From Clostridia bacterium (GTDB taxonomy: Bacteria > Bacillota > Clostridia > Oscillospirales > CAG-272), in NCBI GenBank assembly GCA_017440665.1, contig JAFSGU010000008.1, forward strand, positions 17,987 to 81,986: DNA of 64,000 nt, written 5' to 3'. The notes beneath the pieces are model-generated. The model had not been told where the DNA came from. It did not search any database and saw only the letters and a list, made by a program, of their open reading frames with translations. Below are positions 16,158 through 24,784 of the stretch, in pieces. Position numbers and translations under genes: made by a program. The stretch's first letter is position 1, and each line of letters opens with the position of its first letter.

Positions 16158-16213
16158 TTGACAATAAGCGCAATATCATATATAATTATATATGATATTA
16201 ACTATAATTACAA
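16158..16213. promoter_or_regulatory. Overlapping divergent promoters (tmcAL plus, ackA minus) embedding a 26-bp perfect palindrome
   Basis: Plus strand: TTGACA (16158-16163), 17 nt, TATAAT (16181-16186). Minus strand: TTGTAA (complement of 16208-16213), 17 nt, TATAAT (complement of 16185-16190). The palindrome ATATCATATATAATTATATATGATAT spans 16173-16198. Confidence 0.6.
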
Positions 16214-16248
16214 GTGCAATTATCTATTATTGGAGGAATTTACAAATT

Positions 16249-17385
16249 ATGTGTGAAAAAATAGCAATAATATGTGAATTTAATCCACTTCATAACGGGC
16301 ATAAAGCAATTCTTGAGTATGCACGTGAGGCGGGCGAGTGCGTTATCGCGGTAATGAGCGGCAATTTCACACAAAGAAGCACGCCTGCGGTATACGATAA
16401 ATACAGAAGAGCTGAAGCTGCTCTGCGCGCAGGTGCTGATGCGGTGTTCGAGCTGCCCATGCCCTGGTGCTCGGGAAGCGGTGAGTTTTTTGCGACCGGT
16501 GCCGTTGCCATAGCGGCGGGGCTCGGCGTAAAAAGTTTCGTTTTCGGAAGTGAGACGGGGGATACGGAGCACGTAATAAAAGCGGCATCTGTCGCTGACA
16601 GCGAAGAGTACAGGGCGCTTCTCGGATGTGAGGCGTCTGATCACGTAGGTACTGCGGTGTTTCACGACGGACTTATGGAAAAGTTCGGTGTAAAGCTCGG
16701 CAGTAACGACAAGCTTGCCGCGGAATACGTGAGAAGTGCCGCGAAGCTTGGACTTGATGCAAGGTTTTCCGCCTACAAGAGGATGGAGACGGACGGACTT
16801 TATAAAAGTGCCACGGAGCTTCGTGAGATGCTTTACAGCGGGGCGGATGACGTTTTTTCGTACGTACCCCGTGACGTATACGAGGGGGATGACATGGTGC
16901 CCCACGTGAAGCGCGGTGAATACGAAAAGCTCCTTTTTAACTATTTCAGACTTTTGAACGGTGTGTCGGGCGTGAGTGCCTTTGACGCAGGCGGCGGAGT
17001 TGCCGAAAGACTGTGGCATGCCGCCGGAGAGGCGTCGTGTGCCGAAGAGTTTTTCGAAAAGGCGGCGACGAAAAGGTATACGGATTCAAGACTTCGCCGC
17101 GCCGCACTTTATACCGTCCTGGGGGTCACGGAGGATGAACTCAGACAGCTGCCTCTGTTTACGGTGCTCCTTGGTGCAAACGAAAAAGGAAGAACATTCC
17201 TGAAGAAAACGAAAAAGACGAGAAGCATCAATGTCATCACAAAGCCGTCGGAATTTTCTCCTGCCCGTGAGGTGGAAAAAAAGCAGTATGAGACGTGGAA
17301 AAGGGCGGATGAGCTGTATTCATTATGCCTGACGGACGGAGTGCGGAGAGGTGAATATTTAAGACGCGGTCCCCATATTATATAA
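16249..17385 (+). CDS. tmcAL: tRNA(Met) cytidine acetate ligase (YlbM/UPF0348 nucleotidyltransferase family)
   Basis: ORF 16192..17385. The start at MCEKIAIICEFNPLHNGHKAIL follows GGAGGA. EFNPxHNGH is the HxGH nucleotidyltransferase signature of this family. Confidence 0.8.
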   Translation: MCEKIAIICEFNPLHNGHKAILEYAREAGECVIAVMSGNFTQRSTPAVYDKYRRAEAALRAGADAVFELPMPWCSGSGEFFATGAVAIAAGLGVKSFVFGSETGDTEHVIKAASVADSEEYRALLGCEASDHVGTAVFHDGLMEKFGVKLGSNDKLAAEYVRSAAKLGLDARFSAYKRMETDGLYKSATELREMLYSGADDVFSYVPRDVYEGDDMVPHVKRGEYEKLLFNYFRLLNGVSGVSAFDAGGGVAERLWHAAGEASCAEEFFEKAATKRYTDSRLRRAALYTVLGVTEDELRQLPLFTVLLGANEKGRTFLKKTKKTRSINVITKPSEFSPAREVEKKQYETWKRADELYSLCLTDGVRRGEYLRRGPHII

Positions 17386-17442
17386 TGTAGGATCGTGAAC
17401 TTTGACGAGCAGAACAAAATATGAACAAAGTGTAAACTCTCT

Positions 17443-17480
17443 GAACATATGTTTACACAATTCAAATATTGTGGTATAAT
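17443..17480 (+). promoter_or_regulatory. lexA promoter overlapped by a Cheo/SOS box
   Basis: The box tGAACATATGTTTa (core 17443-17454) matches 11 of 14 positions of CGAACATATGTTCG. The promoter is -35 TTTACA (17452-17457), 17 nt, then TGgTATAAT (-10 at 17475-17480). Confidence 0.6.
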
Positions 17481-17628
17481 ACTATTGTAAAAATGCACAT
17501 AAATGATATTTATACAGTTTGTAATTTGACCATAATAAGACAAACTGCACGAATTGACAGTTCGCACAGCGGATATGTGGCTCTGCGGAAGGTATTTCCG
17601 TGTTATTTGGCAGAAAGGCGTGGCTGAA

Positions 17629-18237
17629 ATGACGGGTTTAAGCGAAAAAGAACAGGTCATACTTAACTATATAAAGAGTGTTATAGCGGAAAAGGGCTAT
17701 TCACCGTCGATCAGAGATATCAGGAGCGATCTTGGTATCAAGAGTACGTCTACGGTCCATACATATCTTGAAAAGCTTGAGAAAAAAGGATATATTCAGA
17801 AGGACGGCGGAAAAAGCCGCTCTCTCAGAGTTGATACCCCCGATGCGTCATCTTCAAACACGCTCATTCCCCTTGTGGGCCGTGTTACGGCGGGTGTGCC
17901 GATCCTGGCAGTTGAAAATCATGACGGGTACGTTGCGTATCCCTTCGATAAAAAGGGTATGCACGGACGAGTTCTCTTTGCGCTCCGCGTTATGGGAACC
18001 AGCATGATCGAAGCAGGTATACTGGACGGAGACATCGTTATCGTTGAGAAGACGAGAGTCGCCGAAAACGGGGATATTATTGTTGCGCTTATCGATGATG
18101 AGGCAACGGTGAAAACATTTTATAAGGAAGACGGTCACTACCGTCTGCAGCCGCAGAACAGTACGATGGAGCCAATTATCGTTGACTCCCTGTCGGTTCT
18201 CGGCAAGGTAATCGGTTCGATAAGGTCTTATGAATAA
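17629..18237 (+). CDS. lexA: LexA repressor
   Basis: ORF 17554..18237. The start at MTGLSEKEQVILNYI begins a winged-helix N-terminus. The cleavage region is VGRVTAGVP, and the S24 peptidase motifs GTSM and TVK are present. Confidence 0.93.
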   Translation: MTGLSEKEQVILNYIKSVIAEKGYSPSIRDIRSDLGIKSTSTVHTYLEKLEKKGYIQKDGGKSRSLRVDTPDASSSNTLIPLVGRVTAGVPILAVENHDGYVAYPFDKKGMHGRVLFALRVMGTSMIEAGILDGDIVIVEKTRVAENGDIIVALIDDEATVKTFYKEDGHYRLQPQNSTMEPIIVDSLSVLGKVIGSIRSYE

Positions 18238-18538
18238 GACCGTGGCATTACGGCGTGCATCTGCACGTCAACCCCTGTGGCACCGGACTGCACCTCTTGA
18301 TCTTTTGAGATGTATATTTTATTATAAAATAGTAAGTTTACGGTGACACGGTTATTGTGTTGCCGTATTTTGTTTATTTGGCCTCCCTTTCGGAAATAAA
18401 AACGGTACGGCGCGACAGCAAGCGACACATTATTTACCCGTTGTAAGTATATAATACTGTGTCAGCCAACTCATGAAAAATAAGTTAAATCGGCGGTGTC
18501 GGCTGCCTTCTCGGCGCTGATGCCTGAAGAAAAGGACG

Positions 18539-20644
18539 GTGAAAATATTGACGAAAAGAAGCGAGTCTGATGCTTTTCAGGCGTATTTGTTTCATCAGGG
18601 TACCAACTTCGCTTCATACGAATACCTGGGCGCACATGAGACGTTCAATAAAACGTCGGGTGAATACGAATGCACCTTCAAGGTGTGGGCTCCCAATGCG
18701 ATAGACGTGACTCTTGCCTCTGATTTTACGGGGTGGAACACTCCTAAAATGATGGAGAGAGAAACGGAAGCGGGTGTGTGGAGCGTAACGCTTGCCTCTG
18801 AAAACAGCTTTCAGGGAATGAAGTATAAATATGCGGTGACAGGACGCGACGGTATCACTCACATGAAGGCTGACCCGTATGCTACGTCTTCTGAGACTCT
18901 CAAAAATACCGCATCCATCGTGTGCGACATAAGTACTTTTAAATGGAACGACAGAAAATGGCTGAACAGACGCCGCGGCAGACCCGAGCGCGACTGGAAA
19001 AAGGGACATTTCTATCCCGAACCCATGAATATCTACGAGGTACACCTTGCCTCATGGAAGACGGAAAACGGTGAGAGCACCGAAGAAGGTGAAAACTACA
19101 TATCCTACAGACGTGCGGCAGACGAGCTGGCACCCTATCTTACCGAGATGGGGTACACTCACATCGAGCTTCTGCCCATCATGGAGCATCCCTTCGACGG
19201 CTCGTGGGGATATCAGGTGACGGGTTATTACGCGCCCAGCGCAAGATTCGGCGAGCCTGCGGATTTTGCATACTTTGTAAACAAGATGCATGAAAGCGGC
19301 ATCGGCGTTATCCTTGACTGGGTACCTGCCCACTTCCCCAAGGACAGAGCGGGACTTTTCGAGTTTGACGGACAGCCTCTCTATGAGTATCAGGGAGCAG
19401 ACAGAATGGAGCACAAGGGATGGGGCACGAGATGCTTCGACGTTGCGCGCAACGAAGTTCAGTCCTTCCTCATATCAAACGCGCTTTTCTGGATGCGCAA
19501 GTACCACGTTGACGGACTTCGCATAGATGCGGTAGCATCAATGCTGTACCTTGATTACGACCGTGATCCGGGCGAGTGGATACCCAACAGCGAAGGCGGA
19601 AACCACAACTTTGAGGCGATGGCTTTCTTCCGCAAGCTGAATTCTGCTGTATTCGGAGAATTCCCCGATATGCTGATGATAGCGGAGGAATCTACCTCAT
19701 GGCCTATGATCACCAAGCCTGCTTACGAGGGCGGTCTCGGCTTCAACTTCAAGTGGAACATGGGTTGGGCGAACGATATGTTCGAGTACGTTGAGCTTGA
19801 TCCCATCTACAGACAGTATAACCACAGTAAGCTGACCTTCCCGCTGATGTACGCCTTCGGCGAGAATTACGTGCTTCCCGTATCCCACGACGAGGTGGTA
19901 CACGGTAAAAAGTCGCTCATCCACAAGATGCACGGCGAGTATGATACCAAGTTTGCCGGAATGCGAGCGTTCCTTGTGAATATGATGACCCTTCCCGGTA
20001 AGAAGCTTACCTTCATGGGTACGGAATTTGCGCAGTGGCGTGAGTGGGACTTTGCAAATCAGCTGGAGTGGTTCATGCTTGAATATCCGAGACATACGGA
20101 GATGCAGCGGTTCGTGAAGAAGCTGAACCGCGTATACGTTGACTCTCCCGAGCTTTGGGAGATAGACGACGGTTGGGACGGCTTCAGATGGATATATGCC
20201 AACTCAGACGACATGAACATGGTAGCCTACGCCAGACGTTCAACGTCGGGCAGTGAGATCTTGTCGGTGGTGAACTACTCACCCGTTACCCGCGGAAACT
20301 TTATAATCGAGGTGGACGAGGCCGGCGTTTACGACGTTATCGTAAACTCCGACAAGCCTGAATTCGGCGGCAAGAATATCATGCCTTACGAATACATCAC
20401 TTCAGAGGTGCGCGAGGAAGACGGACGAAACGTTCTCCGCTTCGACCTTCCCGAGATGTCCGGCGTGATGCTCAAGAAGAGAGTCAAGAAGCGCGGCAGA
20501 CCCAAGAAGAGCGAGGCGGACGGGGCTGATGAGCAGGTTAAGAAAGCTCCTGCAAAGAAAGCTCCCGCAAAGAAGACCGGGACAGCAAAGGCCGACGCCG
20601 CACCTAAAAAGAGCGGCGGCAGACGCAAAAAGACTGAAGCCTGA
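18539..20644 (+). CDS. glgB: 1,4-alpha-glucan branching enzyme with a Lys/Ala/Pro-rich C-terminal tail
   Basis: The 701-aa ORF starts with GTG. GH13 motifs present are LDWVPAHF, GLRIDAVASM, AEESTSWP and VSHDEVVHGK. The last 56 aa are KKRVKKRGRPKKSEADGADEQVKKAPAKKAPAKK.... Confidence 0.93.
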   Translation: MKILTKRSESDAFQAYLFHQGTNFASYEYLGAHETFNKTSGEYECTFKVWAPNAIDVTLASDFTGWNTPKMMERETEAGVWSVTLASENSFQGMKYKYAVTGRDGITHMKADPYATSSETLKNTASIVCDISTFKWNDRKWLNRRRGRPERDWKKGHFYPEPMNIYEVHLASWKTENGESTEEGENYISYRRAADELAPYLTEMGYTHIELLPIMEHPFDGSWGYQVTGYYAPSARFGEPADFAYFVNKMHESGIGVILDWVPAHFPKDRAGLFEFDGQPLYEYQGADRMEHKGWGTRCFDVARNEVQSFLISNALFWMRKYHVDGLRIDAVASMLYLDYDRDPGEWIPNSEGGNHNFEAMAFFRKLNSAVFGEFPDMLMIAEESTSWPMITKPAYEGGLGFNFKWNMGWANDMFEYVELDPIYRQYNHSKLTFPLMYAFGENYVLPVSHDEVVHGKKSLIHKMHGEYDTKFAGMRAFLVNMMTLPGKKLTFMGTEFAQWREWDFANQLEWFMLEYPRHTEMQRFVKKLNRVYVDSPELWEIDDGWDGFRWIYANSDDMNMVAYARRSTSGSEILSVVNYSPVTRGNFIIEVDEAGVYDVIVNSDKPEFGGKNIMPYEYITSEVREEDGRNVLRFDLPEMSGVMLKKRVKKRGRPKKSEADGADEQVKKAPAKKAPAKKTGTAKADAAPKKSGGRRKKTEA

Positions 20645-20714
20645 CGGCAGAGACACAAACAACGTTTAAAGTTTTACTTTAATATAAATTTATATAGAAA
20701 GAGCGGTAAATATC

Positions 20715-21917
20715 ATGTACAAGAAACAGCAGTGTGTTGCTATGCTCCTTGCCGGCGGTCAGGGAAGCAGACTTTACGCCCTCACCGAGAAGACTGCAAA
20801 GCCCGCAGTTCCTTTCGGAGGCAAATACCGTATTATAGACTTTCCCCTTTCAAACTGTGTAAATTCACACATTTTCACAGTAGGTGTGCTTACTCAGTAT
20901 CAGCCCCTCGTTCTTAACGAATACATAGGTAACGGACAGCCCTGGGACCTTGACAGAATGCAGAGCGGTGTTACCGTACTTCCTCCCTATCAGGGTAAGG
21001 ACGGCGCTGACTGGTACAAGGGTACGGCAAACGCAATTTATCAGAACCTTAACTTCATTAACAGATATGACCCCGACTACGTGCTCATCCTTTCCGGTGA
21101 CCACATCTACAAGATGGACTACAATGCAATGCTTCAGGAGCACATCCGCAAGGGTGCCGATTGTACCATCGCTGTCCTCAACGTATCTCTTGAAGAGGCA
21201 AGCCGCTTCGGTATCATGAACACCGACGCTGATATGAAGATCACAGAGTTTGAGGAAAAGCCCAAGCATCCTAAGTCAACCAACGCTTCCATGGGTATCT
21301 ACATCTTTAACCGTGACCTTCTTGAGAAGTACCTGACAGAGGACGAGGCTGATCCCACATCCTCCAATGACTTCGGTAAGAACATCATCCCCAAGATGCT
21401 TGCTGACGGCAAGAACATGTTCGCTTATCCCTTCGAGGGTTATTGGAAGGACGTTGGAACCATTTCTTCTCTTTGGGAAGCTAATATGGACCTTATCGGC
21501 GAAAAGCCCGTGTTCGATCTGGGTGACAAGAGCTGGAGGATCTACTCCCGCAATTCATCTCTCCCGCCTCAGCACGTTGGAGAGAAGGCTAAGGTGTCCA
21601 ACTCCCTTATCACAGAGGGCTGTGACATTGAAGGTGTTGTTGAAAACTCCATCCTCTTCAGCGGCGTAGTCGTTGAAAAGGGCGCATACATAAAGGATTC
21701 CATCATCATGAGCGGTGTTCGCGTAGGCGCAGGCGCTACCGTAAACTACAGTATCATTGACGAAAACTGCGACATCGGCGAAAACAGCGTTGTGGGCAGA
21801 ACCAAGTCTCAGGGTGACGAGGTCACCGTTATCGGTGCCGGTCTTAAGGTCGCAGATGAGAGCAACATCCCCGGCGGAGCTATGGTAAATCAGGATTGGC
21901 TTGACGGCAAAAAATAA
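20715..21917 (+). CDS. glgC: Glucose-1-phosphate adenylyltransferase
   Basis: The protein begins [39 protein letters not shown] and has a left-handed beta-helix C-terminus. Confidence 0.95.
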   Translation: MYKKQQCVAMLLAGGQGSRLYALTEKTAKPAVPFGGKYRIIDFPLSNCVNSHIFTVGVLTQYQPLVLNEYIGNGQPWDLDRMQSGVTVLPPYQGKDGADWYKGTANAIYQNLNFINRYDPDYVLILSGDHIYKMDYNAMLQEHIRKGADCTIAVLNVSLEEASRFGIMNTDADMKITEFEEKPKHPKSTNASMGIYIFNRDLLEKYLTEDEADPTSSNDFGKNIIPKMLADGKNMFAYPFEGYWKDVGTISSLWEANMDLIGEKPVFDLGDKSWRIYSRNSSLPPQHVGEKAKVSNSLITEGCDIEGVVENSILFSGVVVEKGAYIKDSIIMSGVRVGAGATVNYSIIDENCDIGENSVVGRTKSQGDEVTVIGAGLKVADESNIPGGAMVNQDWLDGKK

Positions 21918-21984
21918 TTTTAAGCGTAACTCAGAAAAATATAGATTTAAATTGCCGCGGCAAGTCGGCAGAATGGAGAATAAA

Positions 21985-23118
21985 ATGTCAGCAACAGGTA
22001 TTATTTTTTCTAATATACATGATGCAAATCTGCCCGAGCTCACGAGAATAAGAACTCTTGCTTCCGTGCCCTTCGGTTGCAGATACAGATTCATAGATTT
22101 CGCTCTTTCAAATATGGTAAACTCCAATATTTACGATATCAGCGTTATCGCTCATTACAACTATCAGTCCTTAATGGACCACGTTGGAAGCGGTAAGGAC
22201 TGGGACCTTGCCCGTCGTTCAGGCGGTATCAAGATCCTTCCTCCCTACATCACCGCTCACGCAAATACACAGAATTCTCTCTACACCACACGTCTTGAGG
22301 CTCTCAAGAGTGTAAGCTACATCCTTGAAAGACTTACTGCAGACTACGTAGTGCTTTCCGACTGCGACGTTATCTGCAACGTTGACTTCAACGATCTTAT
22401 CAAGTTCCACAAGGAAAGCGGCGCTGACTTCACAATGGCTGTTAAGACAGTGGAGCTTGACGAAAAGACTGCTGAAGCAAGCACGGTATTCTATTCCGAC
22501 GAAAACGGAACAGTCACCGACATTCTTGCATTCCCCAAGAAGTTCAAGGGTACCGCAGACGTTTCTCTCAACATCAGCGTTGTTAACAGGACCTACCTCC
22601 AGCAGATGGTAATGGATGCTATCGCACACGGCTACACCAGCATGACAAAGGATATCATCCTGCGCAACCTCAACACCAACAAGTTCTGCGTATACAAGTA
22701 CGACGGTTACTTCGCTTGCATCCGCTCCTTTGCAGACTACTTCAAGTATAACATGGATCTCATAAACGATCCCGAGGCAAGAAAGTCTCTCTTTAACGTG
22801 CGCAACCGTCCCATCTATACAAAGGTGCGCAACTCCGTTCCCACCTACTTCAGTACGGATTCTATCGTGAAGAATTCCATGATCGCTGACGGATGCCGTA
22901 TCGAGGGTACAGTTGAAAACTCTATCCTCTTCCGCGGAGTTAAGGTAAGCCGCAACGCGACTGTTAAAAACTCCATCATTATGCAGGATACGTACATCGG
23001 AGAGGGATCATACATCAACTGCGTGGTAAGTGATAAGAATGCATTCGTACGCGACGGCAGACTCCTGTCCGGTACTGAAGAGCAGCCTTACTTTATCTCA
23101 AAGAAGATGACACTGTAA
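21985..23118 (+). CDS. glgD: Glucose-1-phosphate adenylyltransferase, GlgD regulatory subunit
   Basis: ORF 21901..23118. The start at MSATGIIFSN follows GGAGA. It is a GlgC paralogue lacking the GGxGxR motif, placed after glgC as in Firmicutes. Confidence 0.88.
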   Translation: MSATGIIFSNIHDANLPELTRIRTLASVPFGCRYRFIDFALSNMVNSNIYDISVIAHYNYQSLMDHVGSGKDWDLARRSGGIKILPPYITAHANTQNSLYTTRLEALKSVSYILERLTADYVVLSDCDVICNVDFNDLIKFHKESGADFTMAVKTVELDEKTAEASTVFYSDENGTVTDILAFPKKFKGTADVSLNISVVNRTYLQQMVMDAIAHGYTSMTKDIILRNLNTNKFCVYKYDGYFACIRSFADYFKYNMDLINDPEARKSLFNVRNRPIYTKVRNSVPTYFSTDSIVKNSMIADGCRIEGTVENSILFRGVKVSRNATVKNSIIMQDTYIGEGSYINCVVSDKNAFVRDGRLLSGTEEQPYFISKKMTL

Positions 23119-23135
23119 GTTAAATAAACCCCTGT

Positions 23136-23165
23136 CACGAACCGTTTCTGCGGAAACGGTTCGTG
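23136..23165 (+). terminator. Hairpin after glgD (possible internal operon terminator or attenuator)
   Basis: CACGAACCGTTTC pairs with GAAACGGTTCGTG, a perfect 13-bp stem with a 4-nt loop. T-rich sequence follows after about 15 nt. Confidence 0.55.
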
Positions 23166-23329
23166 CTGTTAAGGTGTATTTTTTGATAAATCGATGATTT
23201 TGTGAATTTTAGCGGCAGACTATTTAGTGCTTTAGCAAGTTAAAGTGTTAAATTTCAATAAAACCCTTGATTTTTTGGGATTTTACTGCTATAATGAATT
23301 TTCTAAGAAACTAAGAAAGGTTAACTGAT

Positions 23330-24769
23330 ATGAAAATTTTATATGTTGGCTCTGAAGCCCTTCCTTTTATTTCAACAGGCGGTCTTGCAGACGTTCTCGG
23401 TTCTCTTCCCGCGGCAGTTCGCCGTGCTACCGACGGTGACGCTGACGTTCGTGTCGTTATTCCCTTGTTCCCTAAGATAAAGGAAAATATGGATGATTCC
23501 TTTGAGCTTGTTTCTGAGGGTGAAGTTTATCTCTCATGGAGAAAGCTTTACTGCGCTATCTGGAAGACAGAGCGTGACGGTGTTACCGTTTATTTTATAG
23601 ACAACGAATATTATTTCAACCGTCCCTCACTCTACGGCAGCTTTGACGATGCCGAGAGATTTGCCTTCTTCGGCAAGGCGGTTATGTACCTTATGATGAA
23701 CACCGGCTTCGTTCCGGACATCATGCATGCCAACGACTGGCAGAGCGCACCTGCTGTTCTTTATCTGAAGCGCCAGATGTGCCACATCGAGACATACCGT
23801 TACGTAAAGGTACTCTTTACAATTCACAATATCGAGTATCAGGGCAAGTACGATATGGCTATCCTTAAGGACGTATTCGATCTTGACGGCGATGACCGTT
23901 CCATCGTTGAATACGACGGATGCATCAATCTCCTTAAGGGTGCTATCACCGTTGCCGATATGGTAAGCACGGTTTCCGAGCGTTACTCATGCGAGCTTAT
24001 GACTGAGTACTATGCAGCAGGTCTGCACGGTATCCTCAGAGACTCCAAGGACAAGCTCACAGGTATCACAAACGGTATCGACGTGGATTACTACGATCCT
24101 ACCACCGACCCCGACATCAAGGCTAACTACACCCCCACAAAGATCGCAGGTAAGGCTGACGACAAGGCAGACCTTCGTGAGATCTGCGGACTCGAGGGCG
24201 ACCCCAAGGCTCCTCTCATGGTCATGGTATCCCGTCTTGCGGGACACAAGGGCTTTGAGCTCGTTCGCCGCGTAATGTACGATCTGCTTGAGCAGACAAA
24301 TCTTACATTCGCTATCCTCGGAACAGGCGAGGCTGAGTACGAGGAATTCTTCAAGAAGGCTCAGGCTGATTATCCCGGCAGAGTTTGCATCAAGCTTGAA
24401 TACAATAAGGCTCTCTCCAAGAAGTTCTATGCGGGCGGTGACATGTTCCTTATGCCCTCTAAGAGCGAGCCCTGCGGTCTCTCTCAGATGATCGCATCAA
24501 GATACGGAACAGTTCCGATCGTTAGAGAAACAGGCGGTCTTTACGACACTATCAAGCCCTTTAACGAATTTACGGGCGAAGGAAACGGTTTCTCCTTTAC
24601 AAATTATAATGCGCACGACATGATGGCAGTAATTAAATACGCCATTGAAGTGTATAATAAGAAGCAGAAGTGGGCAGCACTCAGAAGAAAAGTGATGAAG
24701 GTAGACTTCTCATGGACTGCTTCAGCTAAAAAATACGTTAAACTTTATGAGGATATGTTAAACTCATAA
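23330..24769 (+). CDS. glgA: Glycogen synthase (ADP-glucose type)
   Basis: The protein begins MKILYVGSEALPFISTGGLADV (KxGGL-like) and has a GT5 fold with a C-terminal EPCGLSQM motif. Confidence 0.95.
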   Translation: MKILYVGSEALPFISTGGLADVLGSLPAAVRRATDGDADVRVVIPLFPKIKENMDDSFELVSEGEVYLSWRKLYCAIWKTERDGVTVYFIDNEYYFNRPSLYGSFDDAERFAFFGKAVMYLMMNTGFVPDIMHANDWQSAPAVLYLKRQMCHIETYRYVKVLFTIHNIEYQGKYDMAILKDVFDLDGDDRSIVEYDGCINLLKGAITVADMVSTVSERYSCELMTEYYAAGLHGILRDSKDKLTGITNGIDVDYYDPTTDPDIKANYTPTKIAGKADDKADLREICGLEGDPKAPLMVMVSRLAGHKGFELVRRVMYDLLEQTNLTFAILGTGEAEYEEFFKKAQADYPGRVCIKLEYNKALSKKFYAGGDMFLMPSKSEPCGLSQMIASRYGTVPIVRETGGLYDTIKPFNEFTGEGNGFSFTNYNAHDMMAVIKYAIEVYNKKQKWAALRRKVMKVDFSWTASAKKYVKLYEDMLNS

Positions 24770-24784
24770 AGCAGTGAGGTTTTC

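Noticed and set aside
17551-17565. Second LexA-like site, CGAATTGACAGTTCG, just upstream of lexA.
   Set aside because: The half-site spacing is one nucleotide too long for the CGAAC-N4-GTTCG Cheo box, and the left half reads CGAAT.
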